From Clostridia bacterium (GTDB lineage: Bacteria; Bacillota; Clostridia; TANB77; CAG-465), in NCBI GenBank assembly GCA_017534305.1, contig JAFWCU010000035.1, positions 18,455 to 50,454 on the forward strand: DNA of 32,000 bases. Reading direction: 5' to 3'. Made by a program: the position numbers and the translations under genes. The notes beneath the pieces were generated by a model that was given only the letters and a program-made list of their open reading frames with translations, was not told the origin of the DNA and searched no databases. Below are positions 9,174 to 15,296 of the stretch, piece after piece; the first letter of the stretch is position 1; every line of letters starts with the position of its first letter.

Positions 9174-10136
9174 ATGAAAGAAGATTTTTTAACCTCACAA
9201 AAAGCATCTAATGCTCTTTCAAAAATGCGTGCAAAAGCGTGTACTTTAGAAGAGTTAGAACTTACACAAGAACAGATGGACGAGTTGATAGCAGCAACAG
9301 GAAATATTAACTGTAACGACAGGAATAAGACATATTATATAACTAAGTTTAATGAGAACAATTATGAAATAATTTCTTTTATAAACAGCGAAGAAATTAC
9401 TGAAAAATGGCTAGAAATAAGTGACTTGTACCTTGGTAGTGTTTTCTGTGATATGGAAATGCTTGAATATATCCTAAAACTTGCAAAAGAAGAAGGTATA
9501 ACCAACGTTCATATTGCTGGCGATTTATGCGCAGGACATCCTTCGTATAAAAAACAAGATTTGTATCTTACAGCAAAGACTGCACAAGAACAGGCTGATA
9601 TTGCTATAAAGCTTTTCTCTAAATTCCCAGAATTTAAATATTACTGTATTAATGGAGAAAGGGACCTATCATTTGAAAAAGGTGACTCTATTAACCCAAT
9701 CGTTTTAGTTCAAAGAGCTTTAAACGAAAAAGGAATAGATTTCCATCATATCAATGAAATGGTAGCAAACTTAGTCATAGACGGTGTAGTTAAGAGAATC
9801 CAGCATGGAACAGGAAGACTTGCATACACAAAGTCATACAAAATTGAGAAAGAAATGTGGCAGCAATTCGAAAATATGAGTGACAATGTCATCATAAAGA
9901 ATCGCAACTACAATATATGCTTTGTTCAATTCGGACATTATCATGTTAACTGTTTACAAAGATTGGGCGGAATAATGATTACATCAACTGCAGGTATGGT
10001 TATGGATGATAAAGGCGTTTTAAACGAGAATACATCATATCCATCTGCCAAATTCTCTACAGCTGTTATCAAGAATGGTAAAGTTGTAAGATTTGTGACT
10101 GAAAGCATTACCAATCCTAAAAACGTTACCATGTAA
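9174..10136 (+). CDS. paralogous metallophosphoesterase-fold protein with degenerate metal-binding motifs (MPE-B, probable pseudoenzyme)
   Basis: Starts 3 nt after the MPE-A stop. Aligns with MPE-A throughout, but the motifs read ISDLYLG, AGDLCAG and INGERDLS. RIQHGTG and FGHYHV are retained. Confidence 0.75.
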   Translation: MKEDFLTSQKASNALSKMRAKACTLEELELTQEQMDELIAATGNINCNDRNKTYYITKFNENNYEIISFINSEEITEKWLEISDLYLGSVFCDMEMLEYILKLAKEEGITNVHIAGDLCAGHPSYKKQDLYLTAKTAQEQADIAIKLFSKFPEFKYYCINGERDLSFEKGDSINPIVLVQRALNEKGIDFHHINEMVANLVIDGVVKRIQHGTGRLAYTKSYKIEKEMWQQFENMSDNVIIKNRNYNICFVQFGHYHVNCLQRLGGIMITSTAGMVMDDKGVLNENTSYPSAKFSTAVIKNGKVVRFVTESITNPKNVTM

Positions 10137-10140
10137 CTAT

Positions 10141-10178
10141 AAAAAAAGAGAGTACCAATTATTTGGTATTCTCTTTTT
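10141..10178. terminator. bidirectional rho-independent terminator
   Basis: A-run, 12-bp stem AGAGAGTACCAA (10147-10158) / TTGGTATTCTCT (10163-10174) with one G-T pair, then a T-run. It lies between convergent MPE-B and the XRE gene. Confidence 0.8.
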
Positions 10179-10186
10179 GTGTTAAA

Positions 10187-10798
10187 TTATTCTTTAGAAA
10201 TTACTTTCCTTTGCCAACTTTTCTTTCCACATTCTGGGCATTTCATATATCTTGTTCTACCAAAATGCATAGACCACAATACACTTGAAAATGTTGGAAC
10301 ATATTTATGATGACAGTTATTACATTCATAGTATCCAGCAGTTTGTTCAATTCTTATTGCAAATGGTATGGCAATTGCAAATTGTACAAAACCAATAAGT
10401 ATAAGTAAAACTCTTAGCCAATCTACCATTTCAATAAATGATGCTATAAATACTAAAACTAAAAATGTAATTGAAGCACCAAATCCAATAACATATTCTA
10501 GTGCAAGCATTCTTTTTGCTGTTTCTTCTTGCTCTTTTTTCATAGCAAGTATAATTTCATCATATTTTTTATCATTTTCGTTCATATTAATCATCTCCCC
10601 ATAAAATAATTCATTAATTCCTATACCAAGTATTTCACAAAGCTCTATCATAATAGAAGCGTCTGGTAGTGATTTTCCAGTTTCCCATTTAGATATCGCT
10701 CTATCTGAAATATTTAGTTTTTCTGCAAGTTCTAGTTGTGTAAGACCAACTTCTTTTCTACGAGCAGCAATAAATCTTCCAATTTTGATTTGATCCAT
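10187..10798 (-). CDS. membrane-tethered XRE-family HTH regulator with C-terminal zinc ribbon
   Basis: HTH_XRE core (IGRFIAARRKEVGLTQLELAEKLNISDRAISKWETGKSLPD), two TM segments, and CNNC...CPEC. I chose the ATG at 10798 (MDQIK) because GGAGG lies upstream; the track start is a TTG. Confidence 0.8.
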   Translation of the reverse strand: MDQIKIGRFIAARRKEVGLTQLELAEKLNISDRAISKWETGKSLPDASIMIELCEILGIGINELFYGEMINMNENDKKYDEIILAMKKEQEETAKRMLALEYVIGFGASITFLVLVFIASFIEMVDWLRVLLILIGFVQFAIAIPFAIRIEQTAGYYECNNCHHKYVPTFSSVLWSMHFGRTRYMKCPECGKKSWQRKVISKE

Positions 10799-10891
10799 AA
10801 TACTTTCCTCCTTCAATTATATTTTAATGAATTATTATATAAATTAACACGAACTGTTGGTTGAGTTTCTTCAATTATACCATTTTAAGCC

Positions 10892-10923
10892 AAAAAAAGA
10901 TATATAGAAAAATCTATATATCT
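10892..10923 (-). terminator. rho-independent terminator of the Fic gene
   Basis: Perfect 10-bp stem AGATATATAG (10898-10907) / CTATATATCT (10914-10923). The minus-strand T-run is the + strand A-run 10892-10898. The hairpin includes the Fic stop codon. Confidence 0.75.
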
Positions 10924-11924
10924 AAATGTGTTTTATAATATCGTTGGTTTTTACTCTTAGGCTTATCTGGAATTGTCATCTGTACATATCCATCTCTAAT
11001 AGCACAATTTAAATATTTATTTCTAAGAGTATCTTTGTGTTTAACATCTAATTTGAACATTATTTCATTTGCAGTCATAGGTTCTTCTTCCATATTTTCT
11101 AATAGTCTTTTTACATTAACGCTTGCTTCTGTATATACAAGTTTTGCAATAGTTTCTAAATCTTTTAAAGTTGTATTAATCATATCTAACATAAATTCTA
11201 CAAACACAGTAGATTCGCCATCAATATGAGCTTTAGCTATTGCATCATAATACTCTTTTTGATGTTTTTTTATCTGATTTTCAATAGGTACATATTCAAA
11301 TATATCTCTGTAATTGCATAAAATAGCGTTTTGCCAAAATCTAGCTGTACGGCCATTACCATCTTGAAAAGGATGTATAAAAACAAATTCATAGTGAAAG
11401 ATACAAGACATTATAATAGGATTAATATTATTTTTTTCTCTTTTCATCCAATCAAATAAATCTGAGATTAAATATGGTACTTGCTGTGGTGGAGGACAAA
11501 TAAATATACATTTATCTCCAGCAAAAACACCTTCGTTACCAGTTCTATACTTTCCAGCAAGTGGAGCCAAATCTTTTTCTATGATTCCATGAATCTTTAA
11601 TAAGTCTTTTTCTGAATATGGTTTTACTTTAGTTAATTGTTCATATGCAAGTTTAATATTTTGAACTTCTTTAATTTCATTTTCAGGTCCAACAACTTCT
11701 TTACCATCAATAATATCTCTAACTTGACCTTTAGAAAGCGTATTTCCTTCTATTGCAAGTGAAGCATGAATAGAAGTTATTTGAGTATTTCTTCTAAGTT
11801 TAGGTTCTTTATCTAATCTAGTATAATGTTTGTATTCTCCAACTTTTTCCATAATTGAAGATAAAGTTTCTAACATTTTATTTGTAATTGTAAATGGTGG
11901 AGTATAATTATCCATAAAAGTCAC
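10914..11924 (-). CDS. Fic family protein (class II, autoinhibited AMPylase type) with C-terminal wHTH-like tail
   Basis: Fic motif HPFQDGNGRTARFW. An N-terminal inhibitory-helix motif SLAIEGN matches (S/T)xxxE(G/N). Confidence 0.85.
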   Translation of the reverse strand: MTFMDNYTPPFTITNKMLETLSSIMEKVGEYKHYTRLDKEPKLRRNTQITSIHASLAIEGNTLSKGQVRDIIDGKEVVGPENEIKEVQNIKLAYEQLTKVKPYSEKDLLKIHGIIEKDLAPLAGKYRTGNEGVFAGDKCIFICPPPQQVPYLISDLFDWMKREKNNINPIIMSCIFHYEFVFIHPFQDGNGRTARFWQNAILCNYRDIFEYVPIENQIKKHQKEYYDAIAKAHIDGESTVFVEFMLDMINTTLKDLETIAKLVYTEASVNVKRLLENMEEEPMTANEIMFKLDVKHKDTLRNKYLNCAIRDGYVQMTIPDKPKSKNQRYYKTHLDI

Positions 11925-11972
11925 CTCTTTCTTGCTATTTTAATTATACCATGGATTTAATTAAAAAAACAA

Positions 11973-11994
11973 TATCTTACCTATATCTTACCTA
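11973..11994. repeat. perfect 11-bp tandem direct repeat ATATCTTACCT x2
   Basis: Copies at 11973-11983 and 11984-11994, between the tRNA operon terminator and the Fic promoter region. Confidence 0.9.
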
Positions 11995-12044
11995 AAACAT
12001 ACATAAACAAAATGTTACAATTGTAGAATAAAGCAAAATGAAAA

Positions 12045-12072
12045 TAAAAAAAGACGACTATTTCTAGTCGTC
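12045..12072 (-). terminator. rho-independent terminator of the tRNA operon
   Basis: Minus strand reads GACGACTA-GAAA-TAGTCGTC followed by a T-run (the + strand A-run 12045-12052). Confidence 0.8.
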
Positions 12073-12087
12073 AAACCATTGTTTAGA

Positions 12088-12163
12088 TGGAGCTGAAACT
12101 CAGATTCGAACTGAGGACCTACGGTTTACAAGACCGTTGCTCTACCAACTGAGCTATTCCAGC
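12088..12163 (-). tRNA. tRNA-Thr (anticodon UGU)
   Basis: Reverse complement GCTGGAATAGCTCAGTTGGTAGAGCAACGGTCTTGTAAACCGTAGGTCCTCAGTTCGAATCTGAGTTTCAGCTCCA. It folds as a cloverleaf with anticodon loop CTTGTAA and an encoded CCA. Confidence 0.93.
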
Positions 12164-12177
12164 ATATATACTTTTTA

Positions 12178-12252
12178 TGGTGACCCGTAGGAGAGTCGAA
12201 CTCCTCACTCCGCCGTGAAAGGGCGATGTCTTAACCGATTGACCAACGGGCC
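12178..12252 (-). tRNA. tRNA-Glu (anticodon UUC)
   Basis: Reverse complement GGCCCGTTGGTCAATCGGTTAAGACATCGCCCTTTCACGGCGGAGTGAGGAGTTCGACTCTCCTACGGGTCACCA. Anticodon loop CTTTCAC, encoded CCA. Confidence 0.93.
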
Positions 12253-12258
12253 CCATGA

Positions 12259-12334
12259 TGGTGAGCCATCGCAGATTCGAACTGCGGACAACTTGATTAA
12301 AAGTCAAGTGCTCTGCCAACTGAGCTAATGGCCC
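12259..12334 (-). tRNA. tRNA-Lys (anticodon UUU)
   Basis: Reverse complement GGGCCATTAGCTCAGTTGGCAGAGCACTTGACTTTTAATCAAGTTGTCCGCAGTTCGAATCTGCGATGGCTCACCA. Anticodon loop CTTTTAA, encoded CCA. Confidence 0.93.
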
Positions 12335-12377
12335 ATCAAAGTATATAGCAATCAGTTTTACAACTGACTGCGCATAT

Positions 12378-12406
12378 ATAATACTACAATTTGAGGCTCT
12401 TGTCAA
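12378..12406 (-). promoter_or_regulatory. sigma-A promoter of the tRNA Lys-Glu-Thr operon
   Basis: Minus strand TTGACA (12401-12406), 17-nt spacer, TATTAT (12378-12383). Confidence 0.7.
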
Positions 12407-12551
12407 TAGATTTTATTTAAAAAAGCGAAAAAAATTGAAATTTGCAAATGAATTCAATTATTCTACAAATTATTATTTACAAAAGCTCTAGTTTTATAAC
12501 ATATCAGTCAAAGTATTGCAAGCTAAAAACAAGGGTGCTACTATATTTTAC

Positions 12552-12565
12552 GTGATTCAAATATT
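12552..12565. repeat. left arm of a 14-bp perfect inverted repeat (GTGATTCAAATATT)
   Basis: Exact reverse complement of 12746-12759. Confidence 0.9.
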
Positions 12566-12581
12566 TTCATTCTAATTATTT

Positions 12582-12637
12582 TTATCTATAATTTTTTATC
12601 TAAATTTTTTTATCTAAATTTTTTTATCTATTATTTA
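12582..12637. repeat. iteron-like tandem array, four 14-bp units starting TTATCTA
   Basis: TTATCTA occurs at 12582, 12596, 12610 and 12624, an exact 14-bp period. Units 2 and 3 are identical (TTATCTAAATTTTT). Confidence 0.9.
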
Positions 12638-12745
12638 AATTCTTAAACGTATTATCATATAATCTTAGTTTGTTTTTTAGTGAGGAAGGAAAAATAAAAT
12701 AACATTAATAGATACGTTTGCAACTTTAGTTTAGCAACAAGTTTT

Positions 12746-12759
12746 AATATTTGAATCAC
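12746..12759. repeat. right arm of the 14-bp perfect inverted repeat (AATATTTGAATCAC)
   Basis: Exact reverse complement of 12552-12565. It ends 26 nt before the next start codon. Confidence 0.9.
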
Positions 12760-12784
12760 ATTACTATATATAAGGAGGAGGTAT

Positions 12785-13126
12785 ATGAAATTAAACAAAT
12801 TATTGTGCATAATGTGTATAACCTTGTGCCTTTTTATAACATCATGTGTCTTTGCTGCAAATAATAATACTACAACAGGATCTACTCCAAGTTTAGTAAC
12901 TAAAATTAATTCTGCATTTACTAGAATTCAAGGCTACCTTAAAAAAATTTCAACCCCAATTGCCGGAGTTTGTATAGCAAGTGGAATAATTATTAGGAAA
13001 TTGAGCTTTGGAGATGAAAAGAAAATGATTACAGGAAAGAGAATAATTACTAATTCTGTAGTAGGATATGCTGCAATTCAACTGTTAGATTTAATAATTA
13101 AATTTATAGAAGCAGTAATAAAATAG
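12785..13126 (+). CDS. small secreted/lipoprotein-like protein with two C-terminal hydrophobic helices (VirB2/TrbC-like topology; function unassigned)
   Basis: Strong RBS AAGGAGGAGG. Signal peptide with a possible lipobox ITSC (Cys21) or an SPase I site VFA-A. Hydrophobic helices TPIAGVCIASGIII and NSVVGYAAIQLLDLII are separated by a charged loop. Confidence 0.6.
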   Translation: MKLNKLLCIMCITLCLFITSCVFAANNNTTTGSTPSLVTKINSAFTRIQGYLKKISTPIAGVCIASGIIIRKLSFGDEKKMITGKRIITNSVVGYAAIQLLDLIIKFIEAVIK

Positions 13127-13127
13127 T

Positions 13128-13922
13128 ATGGAAGAATATATAAAAAGTTTAAATGAAGTCTTAAATAGGCTAAGTATATCGTTAAGAAGCAATATTTATT
13201 CTGTAATAGATAAGATAGCAAATATAGATGTTTCTCTTTTTGACAAAGAACCACTAAAAAGTATATGCAATACTAATTTACTATATATAGTATTAACACT
13301 AATATGGGCAATAATAATTGCTATTGCAGTAAAATATGTTTTAAATCTATATAGTGACATAGCAATCAGTAAAATATACTTTTATATTTTAAAATGTGTT
13401 GTAATAGGCATCATTAGTATAAATAGTTATAGTATTTGTAAAGAAATTATTAGGATAAATAATCTTCTTACACATATAATAGCTTCATCTTTAGAAGAAA
13501 CAATAGATTCATCAATTGAGTATAAATTTTTAGATGATAACATAGATTCGATAGATGAACTTATATCTTCAAAAGATAAACTTAGTTTAAATGGAGTAAA
13601 AGATGGTATAGTTTGTTTTTATATGATATCCCTTTTAGTATTATTATCTCTAAGATATGTAATAGTAATATCATGCATAATTATCTCACCAGTAATGTGT
13701 ATATTATTACTTGTGCCTAACTTAAATAATTATTTTTATACATATATAAAAGTATTCATATACAATCTATTACTTCAAAACATAAACATACTTATACTAT
13801 ATATACCAATATCTGCAAGAACAGAAAATAGTGTTTTCTTACCTATCATAATAGGTAGCATTGTACTTATATATAATGTAAATAAAAAGGCTGGAAGTAT
13901 TATTTATGAGAAAAAGAATTAA
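13128..13922 (+). CDS. polytopic membrane protein, 5-6 TM (VirB6/TrbL-like topology; function unassigned)
   Basis: The ATG lies 1 nt after the upstream stop. There are several long hydrophobic segments and no soluble-domain motif. Confidence 0.6.
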   Translation: MEEYIKSLNEVLNRLSISLRSNIYSVIDKIANIDVSLFDKEPLKSICNTNLLYIVLTLIWAIIIAIAVKYVLNLYSDIAISKIYFYILKCVVIGIISINSYSICKEIIRINNLLTHIIASSLEETIDSSIEYKFLDDNIDSIDELISSKDKLSLNGVKDGIVCFYMISLLVLLSLRYVIVISCIIISPVMCILLLVPNLNNYFYTYIKVFIYNLLLQNINILILYIPISARTENSVFLPIIIGSIVLIYNVNKKAGSIIYEKKN

Positions 13923-14262
13923 TAAACAACAAATATTTAATTTTTATAATAAAACACACAAGTGGCATGGCTTAATAGATTATAAATCATTAACGATAAT
14001 AGCTGTGTACGTATTTTTATGTGGCTATCTAGTGATCAACATGAATATTACAAATACGCTAAAGTTATATGTAATTATTATATTAGTTTTACCAGTAATA
14101 ATATTTACACTTTTAAATATTAATGAAGATTGTGTTGTTGAAAAACTTGTTACAATTGTCTGTTATTTACTATCTAAAAGGGTGTATACAAAGTCAATAG
14201 ATTTCAAGGAAAAGAAGACTATCTACAAAAAGAATGCGGAAAATAGTCGTATTGAAAAATAG
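13906..14262 (+). CDS. small two-TM protein (TcpE/VirB3-like size and topology; function unassigned)
   Basis: Overlaps the upstream gene by 17 nt. 118 aa: a basic aromatic N-terminus, two TM helices, and a basic C-terminal tail. Confidence 0.55.
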   Translation: MRKRINKQQIFNFYNKTHKWHGLIDYKSLTIIAVYVFLCGYLVINMNITNTLKLYVIIILVLPVIIFTLLNINEDCVVEKLVTIVCYLLSKRVYTKSIDFKEKKTIYKKNAENSRIEK

Positions 14263-14280
14263 TCGAATTAGTGATATAAT
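14252..14280 (+). promoter_or_regulatory. near-consensus sigma-A promoter for the loader operon
   Basis: TTGAAA (14252-14257), 17-nt spacer with TGa, TATAAT (14275-14280). It overlaps the end of the preceding gene. Confidence 0.65.
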
Positions 14281-14307
14281 GACATCCAATTAAGAAGGAG
14301 TATATAT

Positions 14308-15279
14308 ATGAAATTTGATAGCCAAAAGAAAAAGTTAGAACTAGGTGATACACTTGTTCCAGACTTATTCATATTAAACAATATGAAAGCTCTTGGAAAA
14401 AATGATTTACATGTGTATCTATACCTATTATATTTACTAAAGAATAATGTAGAAATAGATTCAGAGTTACTAATGAAAAATTTGGAGTTAAGTGCAGATG
14501 AGCTAAAAATAAGTCTAGATGTACTTACAGCAGAAGGTTTAATTCAAAAAACAACAAGAAGTGCTGTAGTTGTAGACTTAAAAGAAACAGAAATAAATAA
14601 ACAATATACTCCTAAATTTGATAGTAAAGTTAGCAGATATGAAAATGTAATAGACGAAAAAAGAAAAGCGTGCGTTGATGCTATTTGTGAGAGCTTCTTT
14701 AATGGATACATGTCATTTAGTTGGCATACAGACATAGGAAATCTATTCAATATGTATGGATTTGCAGAAGAAGTAATGATAGCATTATTCCAATACTGTC
14801 AAGAACGTAAGGCATTAAATAGAAAATACCTATTTGCTGTTGCAGAAACTTGGCATAATGGAGGAGTACATACTTTTGAAGAACTTGAAGCTTTCTTAGA
14901 TAACTATGAAAAATTCAATAAAATTAAACAAAGAATTTGCAAAGCTTTAGGAATTGTAGGAAGAAACCTTTCAAAATACGAAGAAGAATTTGTAAAGAAA
15001 TGGATTGAAGAATATAACTATGATTTTGATATTATAGAAGAAGGATTAAAAAGAAGTACATCTACAACTAATCCAACAATAAAATACATTGATGCAATAA
15101 TAACTAGCTGGTATAAAAAAGGATACAAAACAGTAGATGAAATTATCGAGGCAGAAAGTCCAAAAACTGTTGAAGATAAACCAGTAAGAAAAATCCCATC
15201 TGCTATAGCTAAAAAGAAAAGTTATCAAAATTATACACAAAGAGATTATGACGATTACAACGAATTCTATGATGAATAA
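14308..15279 (+). CDS. DnaD-domain replication initiation / helicase-loading protein (B. subtilis DnaB-type architecture)
   Basis: N-terminal wHTH-like region plus two DnaD/DnaB_2-like repeats (...MIALFQYCQERKALNRKYLFAVAETWHNGGVHTFEELEAFL and ...IIEEGLKRSTSTTNPTIKYIDAIITSWYKKGYKTVDEI). Confidence 0.75.
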   Translation: MKFDSQKKKLELGDTLVPDLFILNNMKALGKNDLHVYLYLLYLLKNNVEIDSELLMKNLELSADELKISLDVLTAEGLIQKTTRSAVVVDLKETEINKQYTPKFDSKVSRYENVIDEKRKACVDAICESFFNGYMSFSWHTDIGNLFNMYGFAEEVMIALFQYCQERKALNRKYLFAVAETWHNGGVHTFEELEAFLDNYEKFNKIKQRICKALGIVGRNLSKYEEEFVKKWIEEYNYDFDIIEEGLKRSTSTTNPTIKYIDAIITSWYKKGYKTVDEIIEAESPKTVEDKPVRKIPSAIAKKKSYQNYTQRDYDDYNEFYDE

Positions 15280-15296
15280 TTGAGAGGAGTGGTTAT

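Noticed and set aside
10873-11952. Shared ATGGTATAATT motif upstream of both the XRE and Fic genes, considered as a common operator
   Set aside because: The same TGgTATAAT extended -10 element also precedes the AI-2E gene (19951-19959). It is therefore a generic promoter form in this genome and not a locus-specific site.
12119-12406. 95-aa minus-strand ORF in the track
   Set aside because: It is entirely made of the tRNA-Thr, tRNA-Glu and tRNA-Lys genes and their leader, so it is a translation artefact.
12582-12637. Tandem repeats as a possible CRISPR array or DnaA-box cluster
   Set aside because: The units are only 14 bp with no spacers, so this is not a CRISPR array. TTATCTA lacks the CACA half of the TTATCCACA DnaA-box consensus, so calling these DnaA boxes is unsupported. 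The array is kept only as iteron-like repeats.
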